From the NCBI GenBank assembly GCA_903884005.1, contig CAISDA010000040.1, positions 1,539-65,538 on the forward strand: a DNA stretch of 64,000 nt. The letters are read 5' to 3'. The stretch comes from an uncultured Ignavibacteriota bacterium (lineage in GTDB: Bacteria > Bacteroidota > Ignavibacteria > UBA10030 > UBA8401). A program made the translations under genes and the position numbers. The notes below the pieces were generated by a model, which saw only the letters and a list, made by a program, of their open reading frames with translations, made no database searches and was not told where the DNA came from. Positions 18,650 through 29,941 of the stretch are shown here, piece by piece. The stretch's first letter is position 1. Every line of letters starts with the position of its first letter.

Positions 18650-19588
18650 ATGGACATCATCCGAAGTCTTGACGATATCCGGTACGATAAGAATTCCATC
18701 ATTACGATCGGTGCGTTCGACGGAGTTCACGCGGCGCATCAGGAGATTCTGAACGAAGTCGTCGAACGGGCGCACGCCGTGCACGGCAGGAGTGTTGTGG
18801 TGACGTTCGAACCGCATCCGAAAGAGATCGTCGGCGGCGGCGACCGCAAGGTCGCCATACTGACGACGCTCGAGGAAAAATTGGCGCGCATTGCGGCGCT
18901 GGGCATCGATACGGTGTTCGTGGTCCCGTTCACGTATGAGTTTTCGCGCAAGACGCCGATGGAATTTTATCTCGACTACATCGTGAACGGCACCGGTGTC
19001 ACAGAGGTGATCGAAGGATACAATCATCATTTCGGCAGGGACAGGGAAGCCGGCATGAACGATGTCGTGCAACTGGGCAATCAGTACAATTTTTCCGTTT
19101 CTGCCGTGAAGATGATGCAGGTGGACGGCGCTCCGGTGAGCAGTTCACGCATTCGATACGCGATACGCGACGGCTCCATGGAACAGGCTGCGGAGATGCT
19201 CGGATACCGCTACGAGTTTTCGGGCGTCATCGTTCGCGGGCACGGCAGGGGCAAGGCGCTCGGCTATCCGACGGCAAATATCGCGCTGGACGATCCGCGC
19301 AAGGCCGTGCCGAAGATCGGGGTCTATGCCGTACATGCGACGATACACGGCACGCGCTACGGCGGCATGATGAGCGTCGGCGTGCTTCCCACATTCTTTG
19401 AAACGCATGATCGCACGATCGAAGTCAATATCTTCAATTTCGACGAGGATGTGTACGACGAGACGCTGCACGTGGAGTGCATCCAACGCACACGCGATGA
19501 AAAAAAATTTTCCTCGGTGGCCGAGCTGGTGGCCGAAATGGGGAACGATAAAAGTGTAATTCAAAATATTGTACTACAAATTCAATAA
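18650..19588 (+). CDS. ribF: Bifunctional riboflavin kinase / FAD synthetase
   Basis: FAD synthetase N-terminus (ITIGAFDGVHAAHQ) and riboflavin kinase C-terminus. Confidence 0.95.
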   Translation: MDIIRSLDDIRYDKNSIITIGAFDGVHAAHQEILNEVVERAHAVHGRSVVVTFEPHPKEIVGGGDRKVAILTTLEEKLARIAALGIDTVFVVPFTYEFSRKTPMEFYLDYIVNGTGVTEVIEGYNHHFGRDREAGMNDVVQLGNQYNFSVSAVKMMQVDGAPVSSSRIRYAIRDGSMEQAAEMLGYRYEFSGVIVRGHGRGKALGYPTANIALDDPRKAVPKIGVYAVHATIHGTRYGGMMSVGVLPTFFETHDRTIEVNIFNFDEDVYDETLHVECIQRTRDEKKFSSVAELVAEMGNDKSVIQNIVLQIQ

Positions 19589-19612
19589 ACTTTCTATATT
19601 CAAGGAGCTATT

Positions 19613-19882
19613 ATGGCGATCACAAAATCCATGAAGCAAGAGTTGATCACAAAATTCGGCAAGAACGAAAAAGACACCGGCACGCCCGAGGTTCAAATTG
19701 CCATTCTGACGAAGAATATCAATGAACTGGCGGAGCATTTCGGCTCGCACAAAAAAGATCATCATTCACGTCATGGCCTTCTCCGCATGGTCGGCAAGCG
19801 TCGCAGCCTGCTCGATTATCTGGTGGAAAAAGATATCAATCGGTACCGCAAGATTATTGCCGAATTAAACATTCGTAAATAA
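19613..19882 (+). CDS. rpsO: 30S ribosomal protein S15
   Basis: 89 aa S15 signature ([27 protein letters not shown]). Confidence 0.95.
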   Translation: MAITKSMKQELITKFGKNEKDTGTPEVQIAILTKNINELAEHFGSHKKDHHSRHGLLRMVGKRRSLLDYLVEKDINRYRKIIAELNIRK

Positions 19883-19935
19883 CATTTCGGGGCAGCGAGC
19901 AATATTGCTCAAAACATTACTGACACAGAAAAACA

Positions 19936-22044
19936 ATGGTAACAAAAGAAATTACAATCGGCACACAGACGATGTCGCTCGAAACCGGCCGTTTTGCAAA
20001 ACAGGCCAACGGCGCCGTCATGGCGCGCTACGGCGATACAATGGTGCTTGCCACAGTCGTCGCATCGCGCGACCGCGGCGATGAAATAGATTATTTTCCG
20101 CTTCAGGTGGAATTCAGAGAAAAAATGTCTGCAGCCGGAAAGATCCCCGGCGGATTCCTGAAACGCGAAGGACGTCCGACGGACAAGGAAATCCTGACCG
20201 CCCGGTTGATCGACCGTCCAATCCGTCCGATGTTCCCCGACGGCTATCGCCGCGAAACGCAGATCATTGTGACGGTGTTCTCGTCCGATCAGCAGAACGA
20301 CGCCGACGTGCTCGGCGCCTGCGCCGCATCCGCCGCGCTGATGGTTTCAGAGCTTCCATTCGACGGCCCGATCGCCGAAGTGCGCATCGGCCGCGTGAAC
20401 GGTGAAATGATCATCAACCCGACGTTCGCAGAGCTCGAAACAAGCGACATGGATATCACCGTCGCCGGCACCGCAGATTCCATCCTCATGGTGGAAGGCG
20501 AATCGAAGGAAATATCCGAAGACGTCATGCTGACCGCACTCAAGTTCGGCCACGAAGCGATCAAAAAGATCTGCGCACTGCAGAGCGAGTTCGCCGCCGC
20601 TGTCGGTAAAGAAAAAATGGCGCTCGTGCTGCCGGTTGTCGACGCTGCAATGATGGCCGATGTGAAAGCCATCGCCGAAGCGACATACCGCACGACGGTC
20701 GCGACCGTGCTCAAAAAAGAAGAGCGCGCAGCAGCCAACGAAGCGATCGAAGTGGAAACGCAGGCCAAGCTTGCCGAGAAATACCCGAACCAGACGAAGG
20801 CCATCCACCAGATCCTGCATGACATTGAAAAAGTAGAAATGCGCGAAATGATCCTGCGCGACAAGAAACGCCTCGACGGCCGTTCGCTCACCGAAATCCG
20901 CCCGATCTCGATCGAAGTCGGACTGCTTCCGCGCACGCACGGGTCGGCGCTGTTCACACGCGGCGAAACACAGTCGCTCACAACAGTCACACTCGGCACG
21001 AAATCTGACGAACAGATCACGGACGGATTGAACACCGTGCTGCCGCGCCGCTTCATGCTGCACTATAATTTCCCCCCGTTCTCGGTCGGTGAAACAGGCC
21101 GCCTCATGACCGGAAGGCGCGAAGTGGGCCACGGAAACTTGGCAGAACGCGCACTCAAGATCCTGATGCCGAACGAAAAAGAATTTCCGTACACAATCCG
21201 TATCGTGTCCGATATCCTTGAATCGAACGGTTCAAGCTCGATGGCAACGGTCTGCGCAGGAACACTCGCCATGTACGACGGCGGTGTGCCCCTGAAAAAA
21301 CCCGTCGCCGGTATTGCAATGGGTCTGGTGAAAGAAGGCGAACGTGTCGCCGTGTTAAGCGACATCCTCGGCAACGAAGATCACCTCGGCGACATGGACT
21401 TCAAGGTCTGCGGCACTGCCGACGGCATCACGGCGTTCCAGATGGACATCAAGATCAAAGGCATCACGCTTGAGATCATGGAAACCGCACTCAGCCAGGC
21501 AAAAGACGGACGCATGCACATCCTCGGCAAAATGAACGCCGTTATTTCCACCCCGCGCACAGACATCAGCCAGTACGCGCCGCGCTTGACGACGATCAAG
21601 GTTCCTATCGATACGATCGGCGCCATCATCGGACCGGGCGGAAAAAATATACGCGCGATCGTTGCCGCATCTGGTGCGGAGATCAACATCGAAGACGACG
21701 GCTCTGTCGTGATCGCCGCTACGACCGTTGAATCGGCTAACATAGCGATCGCGATGATCCAGGGCATCTCGGCATCGCCGGAGATCGGCAAGATCTACAA
21801 GGCGACAGTCAAGAAGATCATGGACTTCGGCGCATTCGTCGAGATCCTTCCCGGCAAGGAAGGCCTCGTCCACGTGTCGCAGCTCGATACAAAACGGATC
21901 GAGAAAGTGGCTGACCATTTCAAAGTCGGAGATCAATTCGAAGTGAAATTGATGGAGATCGACGACAAGGGACGTCTCAACCTGAGCCGCAAGGCCGTCT
22001 TGATCGCTGAAAAAGCAAAAGAAGAACCGGTTCAGCCGGCGTAA
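19936..22044 (+). CDS. pnp: Polynucleotide phosphorylase
   Basis: Two RNase PH domains, KH and S1 domains; 702 aa. Confidence 0.95.
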   Translation: MVTKEITIGTQTMSLETGRFAKQANGAVMARYGDTMVLATVVASRDRGDEIDYFPLQVEFREKMSAAGKIPGGFLKREGRPTDKEILTARLIDRPIRPMFPDGYRRETQIIVTVFSSDQQNDADVLGACAASAALMVSELPFDGPIAEVRIGRVNGEMIINPTFAELETSDMDITVAGTADSILMVEGESKEISEDVMLTALKFGHEAIKKICALQSEFAAAVGKEKMALVLPVVDAAMMADVKAIAEATYRTTVATVLKKEERAAANEAIEVETQAKLAEKYPNQTKAIHQILHDIEKVEMREMILRDKKRLDGRSLTEIRPISIEVGLLPRTHGSALFTRGETQSLTTVTLGTKSDEQITDGLNTVLPRRFMLHYNFPPFSVGETGRLMTGRREVGHGNLAERALKILMPNEKEFPYTIRIVSDILESNGSSSMATVCAGTLAMYDGGVPLKKPVAGIAMGLVKEGERVAVLSDILGNEDHLGDMDFKVCGTADGITAFQMDIKIKGITLEIMETALSQAKDGRMHILGKMNAVISTPRTDISQYAPRLTTIKVPIDTIGAIIGPGGKNIRAIVAASGAEINIEDDGSVVIAATTVESANIAIAMIQGISASPEIGKIYKATVKKIMDFGAFVEILPGKEGLVHVSQLDTKRIEKVADHFKVGDQFEVKLMEIDDKGRLNLSRKAVLIAEKAKEEPVQPA

Positions 22045-22055
22045 GTGATGGACAC

Positions 22056-22091
22056 CAATCCCCGCACGATCCAAAAGATCTGCGGGGATTG
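22056..22091 (+). terminator. Terminator-like hairpin after pnp (weak U tract)
   Basis: caatccccgca...tgcggggattg stem 11 nt after the pnp stop. The downstream T-run is poor. Confidence 0.35.
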
Positions 22092-22135
22092 TCGTATCTA
22101 TACCAGACCAATGATTTTCAATCAATGCTACCATT

Positions 22136-23422
22136 ATGCAGCGAGCACTCAGACCAGCGTCCGTTTTGCGCGGGGATATTTCCGTCCCCGGAGATAAATC
22201 CATTTCCCACCGTGCGGTGATGCTCGGTGCTATTGCCAACGGGGTTACCGAAATTACGGGATTCCTGCAGGCGGCCGATCCAATAAGCACCGTCAATTGC
22301 ATGCGCCGCCTTGGCGTAGAAATCGATGCAGGTGAAAGCAGAATCATCATACACGGCAAGGGTTTGCACTCATTAATGAAACCCGATGCTATGCTCGACG
22401 CCGGGAATTCGGGAACCACCATGCGGCTGCTTTCGGGAATACTCGCCGGACAGAAATTTCCTACGATGATCTCCGGCGACAAGTATCTCGTGAAGCGTCC
22501 CATGAAACGCATCGTGGAACCGCTGCGGCAGATGGGCGCCGACGTGCGTTCACGCGCCGAGGGTACGGCTCCGCTCGAATTCTATCCCGCACCAACTGGT
22601 CTTCACGCCATACGCTACGAGTTGCCGATCCCGAGCGCTCAGGTCAAATCGGCAATACTGCTGGCCGGTTTGTTCGCCGAAGGGACCACGCAGGTCGTCG
22701 AAACGACGCCGTCACGCGATCATACCGAACGCATGCTCGGGCTCACGCCGGTGCAAGACGGTGGAGTGACGGTGATCTCCGTTGTGGGAGGAACTGAACG
22801 TGCTGCCGTGCCATTTGCCGTGCCCGGAGATCCTTCCTCAGCGGCGTTTTTTATCGTGGCCGCGCTCGTTGCGAAGGATGCCGAGATCGTCGTGCGCTCG
22901 ATCGGGCTCAACCCGACACGCATCGGCTTTCTGGATGTGCTCACGCGGATGGGCGGTGCCATTACGATCGACAATGAACGCGTCGTGGGTGGTGAACGCA
23001 TCGGCGATGTTGTTGTGAAAAGCTCAGTCCTGAAAAATCAGGGGCCGCTCTCAGGCGGCATCATTGCGAACATCATCGATGAGATACCGGTGCTCGCCGT
23101 TGCAGGTGCATTCGCCGAGGGTGTGTTCGAAGTCCGCGATGCCCGCGACCTGCGCGCCAAAGAATGCGACCGCATCGCCGCCGTCTGCCACAATCTGCGC
23201 GCGCTCGGCATCACGGTCGAGGAATACGAGGATGGTTTTGCATTTGAACCAAAAAGAATCGTATCTTCCACAGTGTTCGAGAGTTTCGGCGACCACCGCA
23301 TCGCCATGGCGTTCGGTGTTGCGGCCCTTGCTCTGCAGGAAGAATCGGTGATGAACGATGCGGACTGCGTCGACATTTCATTTCCGCCGTTTTGGGAACT
23401 GCTTCACTCACTCATACACTAA
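22136..23422 (+). CDS. aroA: 3-phosphoshikimate 1-carboxyvinyltransferase (EPSP synthase)
   Basis: EPSPS N-terminal region (LRGDISVPGDKSISHRAVMLGA), 428 aa. Confidence 0.9.
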   Translation: MQRALRPASVLRGDISVPGDKSISHRAVMLGAIANGVTEITGFLQAADPISTVNCMRRLGVEIDAGESRIIIHGKGLHSLMKPDAMLDAGNSGTTMRLLSGILAGQKFPTMISGDKYLVKRPMKRIVEPLRQMGADVRSRAEGTAPLEFYPAPTGLHAIRYELPIPSAQVKSAILLAGLFAEGTTQVVETTPSRDHTERMLGLTPVQDGGVTVISVVGGTERAAVPFAVPGDPSSAAFFIVAALVAKDAEIVVRSIGLNPTRIGFLDVLTRMGGAITIDNERVVGGERIGDVVVKSSVLKNQGPLSGGIIANIIDEIPVLAVAGAFAEGVFEVRDARDLRAKECDRIAAVCHNLRALGITVEEYEDGFAFEPKRIVSSTVFESFGDHRIAMAFGVAALALQEESVMNDADCVDISFPPFWELLHSLIH

Positions 23423-23433
23423 CGAGGTGGATC

Positions 23434-24537
23434 GTGGCAAGCGTTCAGATATCGAATGTGTCAAAGGTCTATGATGGCGGCGTCGTTGCCGTTCAGGATG
23501 TCAGCATCGACATTCAGGATAAGGAATTTGTGGTGCTCGTCGGCCCATCGGGCTGCGGGAAATCCACAACGCTGCGCATGGTCGCCGGCCTCGAAGAGAT
23601 CACGGGCGGACCGATATCGATAGACGGGAAGATCGTGAACGAGGTGGCTCCGAAGGATAGGGACATCGCGATGGTCTTTCAGAATTATGCGCTCTATCCC
23701 CATATGACGGTGTATGAGAACATGGCCTTCGGGCTCAAGCTTCGGAAATTTCCGAAGGCCGAGATCGAGTCTCGCGTGCGCGAAGCGGCGCAGATCCTGG
23801 GCATTGAAGAGTACCTCCAGCGCAAACCAAAGGCGCTCTCGGGCGGTCAGCGGCAGCGAGTGGCCGTGGGACGCGCCATTGTGCGGAAGCCGAAAGTGTT
23901 CCTTTTCGACGAGCCGCTCTCGAACCTGGACGCGAAACTGCGCGTGCAGATGCGCACCGAAATTTCAAAACTGCATCACCGTCTTGAAGCGACAATGATC
24001 TATGTGACGCACGACCAGACCGAAGCCATGACCATGGGCGACCGTATCGTGGTGATGAAAGACGGCATTGTGCATCAGACGGACACACCTCTGAACCTCT
24101 ACAATTTTCCGGAGAATAAATTTGTCGCAGGGTTCATCGGCAGTCCCGCCATGAATTTTATGGAAGGAGTCGTCGAGCAGAACGGCGGCCTGCATTTCCG
24201 CGAAAAAAATTCGCCGCTCACGCTCAGTGTTCCGAAGGAAAAGGAAGATACGCTTAAAAGCATGGTCGGCAGGGACGTGTGGATGGGGATACGGCCGGAA
24301 CACATCATCGACGCGCACGCCGCCCCGGCGCAGGCGGCGAAAGCTGCTGTGAAAGTGGAAGTCGTTGAACCGATGGGGAATGAGATCTTCGTCTATTTTT
24401 CCACTGCTTCGGACACGCAGTATGTGGCCCGCATCCATGCCTCTGTGGCGCCGAAGACCGGACAGGCAATGGAGTTCGGATTCGATATGACGAAAGCGCT
24501 CTTCTTCGACAAGGCAACGGAAAAAGTGCTTCGATAA
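23434..24537 (+). CDS. ABC transporter ATP-binding protein, MalK/UgpC-like with C-terminal TOBE domain
   Basis: Walker A GPSGCGKST, signature LSGGQRQR, Walker B LFDEPLSNLD. GTG start with GAGGTGG RBS. Confidence 0.85.
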   Translation: MASVQISNVSKVYDGGVVAVQDVSIDIQDKEFVVLVGPSGCGKSTTLRMVAGLEEITGGPISIDGKIVNEVAPKDRDIAMVFQNYALYPHMTVYENMAFGLKLRKFPKAEIESRVREAAQILGIEEYLQRKPKALSGGQRQRVAVGRAIVRKPKVFLFDEPLSNLDAKLRVQMRTEISKLHHRLEATMIYVTHDQTEAMTMGDRIVVMKDGIVHQTDTPLNLYNFPENKFVAGFIGSPAMNFMEGVVEQNGGLHFREKNSPLTLSVPKEKEDTLKSMVGRDVWMGIRPEHIIDAHAAPAQAAKAAVKVEVVEPMGNEIFVYFSTASDTQYVARIHASVAPKTGQAMEFGFDMTKALFFDKATEKVLR

Positions 24538-24670
24538 GAATTAATCGGCACGCAGCATCAGAGAAGGGCCGTTCTCAACTACGCCTCTCAGTGCGTATTC
24601 CATAAGAAACGCCGTCACGCACCGTGAAAAGTGCATGACGGCGTTGTCATTCTAATCGGAACGAATAGTA

Positions 24671-26319
24671 CTAGAGCTGCAGCACCTGGTGTTCGAAACG
24701 GTCGATGGTGATTTCGCTCATCAGCCACTTCGTGAATTCCAGCCCGTACTTGTTCATGAACTGGAGTGAAGTGAATTCCCGTTCCTGAAAATTTTCGTTC
24801 GGGAATATCGCGGCCGCCGCTTTCATGATCTGTTTGAGCGAGATATCCTGTTTCTGCTGCTGTGCTTTGTGCGTTTTTTCCTTCAGTCCCTGCAGCTGCT
24901 GCTCGAATTTCACGAGTGTCGAGTCCACCGCTCCTTTGAGCGTCGGATCGATCTGCTGAATGCCGAAGCTCGCCTCGGTCACCGCCGCCTGGATCTTCTC
25001 GTTCATCGTACCGAAGACTGTGTCCACTTTTACTTCCGCCACCTGTTCCGCGATCCGCTGCAGTACGCTGTCCAGATCGCCCGCAAGATCGGGTATGGTC
25101 AGCGAATATTTTTCGAGCACCTTGTTGATCTTGTCCTCAAGGATCGTGGCCGACGCGCGCGGGTACACGATCGGCATCTGCAGCTCGAACAGTGCGTACA
25201 CCGTTTTTAATTGCGCGAAGTATGCGATCTCGCCGGGACCGCCGACGTAGGCGACTGTGGGCAGTATGGTATCCTGACAGATGGGGCGAAGGGCGACGTT
25301 CGCCGAAAACACTTCGGGCGTCGTCTCGACCAGCTGCAGCAGTTCCTCCTTCGTGTAGCGCTGCCGCGTGCCTTTCAGGTAATAATCGTTCTCCGACGGT
25401 TCGAGAGGGAAGCGTCCGCCTTTATGGAACATGAACAAATTGAGCGACTTCGGTTTGATCTGCGCATGATAGCGCTCTTCGAGCTCGACGCTTTTTTCGA
25501 TGATGAGCCGCGAGACGGCCGAGTCCGATTCGATCTCTCTGCGGAAGACCGGTTTCATGAGCGCCTTGAGCTCCGGCGTGTTCGCATTCAAGAGCACGAG
25601 TCCCGTGTCTTCGAATAACCGGTTGATCACCCCCGCAAACGCCTCCATCAATGTCGCCCCGGGCTTGTAATACCCGCGCATCAACTCCAGCACCTGTGTT
25701 GTGTATTCCGTCTGCGTGATGGCGCTGCCGAGCCCCGCGAAGAGTGCGTCGATGGTCTCGTCGATGACGATCAGGCCTGTCGCGCCCGGATTTTTGTCGA
25801 ATGGCTGACCGCCGATGAAATAGTTGAACTTCTGCAGCTCGTTCTGCGCGTTGAGCACGGTGATGTTGTTGATCTCGTCGAAATCGTGGTCCTCGCCTTC
25901 GAGCCAGAACACCGGCACGAAATTGAACGCGGGGAAATCTGCCGAGAGTTTTTCGGCCAGCTTCAGTGTCGTGATGATCTTATAGACCGTATACAAGGGC
26001 CCGGAAAAGAGTCCCAATTGCTGCCCGGTGACAATGGCTACGGTGTTCTCATTATCGAGCAGATCGATGTTGGCGAGCGTCCGCACGCTGCAGTGCACCG
26101 CCCGGTTTTGTTCGTGCAGCACCCTCACGAGCGGCGCCCGGTCCATTTTCCGTTCCACGGTCCGGTCGATTGTCCTCTGCCAATCGGCAACGGTTGTATA
26201 CCCGCCCGCGAAGAATTCGGACACTCGTTCAAAATTATTCAAGTAATCAACATATAACTGAGAAAATCCAGCATCTGAACGCTGCAATTGGTCGGTATTG
26301 ATCCATTTCATCGATGTCA
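24671..26319 (-). CDS. bshC: Bacillithiol biosynthesis protein BshC
   Basis: BshC/YllA signature (VTGQQLGLFSGPLYTVYKIITTLKLA), about 550 aa. Start trimmed to MTSMKW. Confidence 0.8.
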
Positions 26320-26585
26320 TCCTGCCGTAAGTAAAAAAAATGTCGACGCAGCACTCTGCCCTCAATGAAAAAAAAGAGTGAAGAGGAGTGTGCGGCGAAC
26401 CGCGAGAGGGGATGAAGCGCATTCGAGGGAGACCGCGCGCTGCCCATGTCGGTTTGAAAGCCTAGCAAATGTACAAGTTAATCGGCGGAGAAGCAACTCT
26501 GCAATTGCTTTTCGGATGCTGATGTGATATATTTATACGTAGCAAGCGCAGGATGAACTCTCGCATTCATTTATGAAATGACCCT

Positions 26586-27032
26586 ATGGCACTGACACAA
26601 CAAATCTCTGAAGATCTGAAACTCGCTATGAAGGCGGGTGATAAAACACGTATCGACACGCTCCGCATGGTGCGCGCACAGATACTGGAATTCGAAAAAA
26701 AAGGCGGAAATCCCGAAATGACGCCCGATGATGAGCTGTCACTCTTGTCCACGGCCGTCAAGAAGCGAAAAGAGTCCATCGAACAGTACGAAAAAGCGGG
26801 CCGCATGGACCTAGTCGCTCAGGAGGCCGCCGAAGTGGCGATCATCACAGAATACCTGCCGAAACAAATGGATAAGGCCGATGCCGAGAGGATCATCTAT
26901 GCGATCATCGAACAATCAGGCGCAGTGACCTCGAAGGATATGGGGAAGGTGATGCCCCTCATCATGAAGGAACTGAAGGGCAAGATCGACGGTAAAACCA
27001 TCAACGAAATCGTAAAAACCAAACTGGTCTGA
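26586..27032 (+). CDS. GatB/YqeY domain protein
   Basis: YqeY family (KAGDKTRIDTLRMV...), 148 aa. Confidence 0.85.
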   Translation: MALTQQISEDLKLAMKAGDKTRIDTLRMVRAQILEFEKKGGNPEMTPDDELSLLSTAVKKRKESIEQYEKAGRMDLVAQEAAEVAIITEYLPKQMDKADAERIIYAIIEQSGAVTSKDMGKVMPLIMKELKGKIDGKTINEIVKTKLV

Positions 27033-27580
27033 TGATGAAGAGCGCTCTCGATATCACGCTGTTGGTCGCATGCGGTCTTTTTGCCGTCGGCGGATGGCGC
27101 AATGGCTTTGTCAAGAAAATTTTTTCGCTCTTCTCGCTCATTGCGGCGTTCGCGCTGGCGGCGAAATTCGGCTCAGCCCTGGCCCACGTGGCATTCGTGC
27201 CGCTGGGACTTCGAGCCGGCGTGGCCACATTGTTCGCCTATTTCGCCATTATTGGCGGCATTATATTCGCTCAAACCATTCTCTACAGCATGCTTGTGCG
27301 GAACATCGTTGAAGGCGTCTGGAACCACATTGCCGGTATGCTGCTTGGGATTGCAGAGGGAGCTCTCGCGGTGAGCGTTGCACTCATCTTCCTGTCCATC
27401 TATTTGGGCATACCGTCCGAAGAAACCAAAGCCACCTCGACGCTCTATATACCCGTAAAGAATGTTGCGCCTCGTGTGTATGACACGGCATACGCGCTCT
27501 TTCCCGAAGTGGAAGATTTTTATCAGCAATTATTCAACGCTTTTTCAGACCAAAGCAATACAGGAGCGACGAAAAAGTAG
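27032..27580 (+). CDS. CvpA family membrane protein
   Basis: Four predicted TM helices and a CvpA-like N-terminus. Confidence 0.75.
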   Translation: MMKSALDITLLVACGLFAVGGWRNGFVKKIFSLFSLIAAFALAAKFGSALAHVAFVPLGLRAGVATLFAYFAIIGGIIFAQTILYSMLVRNIVEGVWNHIAGMLLGIAEGALAVSVALIFLSIYLGIPSEETKATSTLYIPVKNVAPRVYDTAYALFPEVEDFYQQLFNAFSDQSNTGATKK

Positions 27581-29941
27581 ATGAAAGCCTTCGTCACCGC
27601 ATGCGACAGACTCGATTATAGGAAAATACTCCACCAGATCGCCCATTTTGCCCCATCACGGCTCGGACAGGAGGCGATCGAGAGCCTGCTGCCCACAAAC
27701 GACAGCGCCCGAATCTCGGTCGATCACAATCGCGTCTCCGAACTCAAACGAATGATCGAATCGGAACACGGATTTCCCATCGACGGCATCAAAGACATCC
27801 GTTTGGCCCTCAACCGCGCCACGATCGAGAATAACAGCCTCACCACACACGAACTTTTGGAAATCGCTTCCACGCTCCACGCCAGCGCCGCACTCAAATC
27901 ATTCATCGAAAAACGCCGAGACCATTATCCGGAACTCATGTCTCTCTGCCGCTCCCTTGCCCCCAATAAGGTGCTGGAGTATAACATCACACAGGCGATC
28001 GATGAAAATGGGTATGTAAAAGATTCGGCTAGCAGGGAGTTACGTGAAGTAAGGCGGTCTATCATCTCTTTACATAACCTTTTAAGCAAAAGACTTGAAA
28101 AAATACTTCGTGATGTGTCCGAGCAGGGGATGGCGCAGGACGACATCATTACCACGCGCGAGGGACGCATGGTGCTGCCTATTAAAGCCGAAAAAAAGAA
28201 CATGGTGCCCGGTTTCATACACAGCGCTTCCGCTACCGGGCTCACCGTGTTCATTGAGCCGGCCGAAACGCTCTCCCTGAATAACGAAATCTCCGAACTT
28301 CATTTCAGAGAGAAGCGTGAAATAGAAAAGGTGCTGCTCGCTCTGACCGTTCAGGTGGCTGAATGTCGAACGGACTTGAAAGAAAATGTTAGAATACTGA
28401 CTATAATAGAATATACTTATGCAATAGCAATGTATTCAATTGATATAAAAGGAAATAAACCATTTCTATTAGAAAATGGTTCGCTGATGCTCTTGCAAGC
28501 CAGGCACCCCCTTTTGATGCAGAAACACGGCAGGGAGGGGGTGGTTCCTCTTGATGTGGAAATCGGCAGCGCGTACACAACGCTCCTCATTACCGGTCCT
28601 AATGCCGGCGGAAAAACTGTCGCACTCAAGACTGTCGGACTCCTGACGCTCATGGTGCAGTCGGGTATCCATATACCTGCCGCGGCAGACTCTGAGTTTC
28701 CGATATTCAACAATGTTTTCGTGAATATTGGCGATAATCAGTCCATTGAGGACGATTTGAGCACCTACAGTTCCCAAATGCTTCAATTGAAGGAAATTGT
28801 GGATGAAGCGGACGAGCACAGTCTCGTGCTCATCGATGAAATCGGAGCCGGCACTGATCCCACCGAAGGCAGCGCCATTGCGGCGGCGCTCTTGCGCACG
28901 TTGACCGAAAGCGGCGCGCGAACCATTGCCACCACGCACCACGGTTCGCTGAAGGCTTTCGCTTACGAGACGCCTGGCATTCAAAATTCTGCCATGGAAT
29001 TCAATCAGTCCACGCTCCAGCCGACGTATAAATTCCGCGTGGGCATTCCCGGCTCCAGTTATGCGCTCGTGATCGCGCGGCGCCTGGGCATGTCCGATAT
29101 CGTTCTGAACGACGCCCAGTCGATGCTGGGCGACCAGCAATCGAATTTGGAACGCTTGCTCCTGGACCTGGAATCCAGGCTGCAGGAAGCCGAGAATGAA
29201 CGCCGGTTGCTTGCCGCTGAACGGTTGGAGAATAAGAACTTACACGATGAGTACGAAACAAAAATAAAGCACCTGAAGCAGGAAGTCAAAGAGGTCAAAG
29301 CCCAGGCGTTGAAGCATGCACAGGAGATCATTGACCGTGCGCATGCGGCCATTGAGAACAGCGTTCGCGAGATCAAATTGCAGAATGCCGAAAAGACCAT
29401 CGTGAAACAATGGCGCTCCGAGATCGAGGCAATAGACGAGTTCATACAGAAAGAGACCGCGGCCATGGCCGAATCCGGTTCGCTGTCGGATGAGCGTCTG
29501 AGCGAGATCGGGATCGGCGCAGACGTTCAACTTCTGTCCAACCGTCAGACTGGAAAGGTGCTCACTCGTCCCGATGCGCAGGGCAATCTGACGGTGGCGT
29601 TCAATTCGGTGAAGATGAGGGTCAATGTAAGGCAACTCGCTGTCGGCAGTGCCGAGGTCAAGGAGTCTCCGGAGTCCTCGTATTTTGTAAAACCCGTCTC
29701 TGCCACCGAAATCGATTTGCGCGGCATGTATGGTGATGAGGGCGCGGCAGCGGTCGACAAATTTATCGACGACGCGGTCATGAGCGGATTGCACCGTATC
29801 GACATCATACACGGGAAGGGAACCGGCGCGCTGCGCAAACGCATTCATATGTTCCTGAAGGAAGATAAACGAGTCGCAAGCTTCAAAGTAGGGGAATGGA
29901 ACGAGGGAGGCACCGGCGTCACGGTGGTTGAACTCCAGTGA
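27581..29941 (+). CDS. mutS2: Endonuclease MutS2 (MutS domains plus C-terminal Smr)
   Basis: Walker A GPNAGGKT, coiled-coil linker, Smr domain at the C-terminus (DLRGMYGDEG...HGKGTGALR). Confidence 0.9.
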   Translation: MKAFVTACDRLDYRKILHQIAHFAPSRLGQEAIESLLPTNDSARISVDHNRVSELKRMIESEHGFPIDGIKDIRLALNRATIENNSLTTHELLEIASTLHASAALKSFIEKRRDHYPELMSLCRSLAPNKVLEYNITQAIDENGYVKDSASRELREVRRSIISLHNLLSKRLEKILRDVSEQGMAQDDIITTREGRMVLPIKAEKKNMVPGFIHSASATGLTVFIEPAETLSLNNEISELHFREKREIEKVLLALTVQVAECRTDLKENVRILTIIEYTYAIAMYSIDIKGNKPFLLENGSLMLLQARHPLLMQKHGREGVVPLDVEIGSAYTTLLITGPNAGGKTVALKTVGLLTLMVQSGIHIPAAADSEFPIFNNVFVNIGDNQSIEDDLSTYSSQMLQLKEIVDEADEHSLVLIDEIGAGTDPTEGSAIAAALLRTLTESGARTIATTHHGSLKAFAYETPGIQNSAMEFNQSTLQPTYKFRVGIPGSSYALVIARRLGMSDIVLNDAQSMLGDQQSNLERLLLDLESRLQEAENERRLLAAERLENKNLHDEYETKIKHLKQEVKEVKAQALKHAQEIIDRAHAAIENSVREIKLQNAEKTIVKQWRSEIEAIDEFIQKETAAMAESGSLSDERLSEIGIGADVQLLSNRQTGKVLTRPDAQGNLTVAFNSVKMRVNVRQLAVGSAEVKESPESSYFVKPVSATEIDLRGMYGDEGAAAVDKFIDDAVMSGLHRIDIIHGKGTGALRKRIHMFLKEDKRVASFKVGEWNEGGTGVTVVELQ

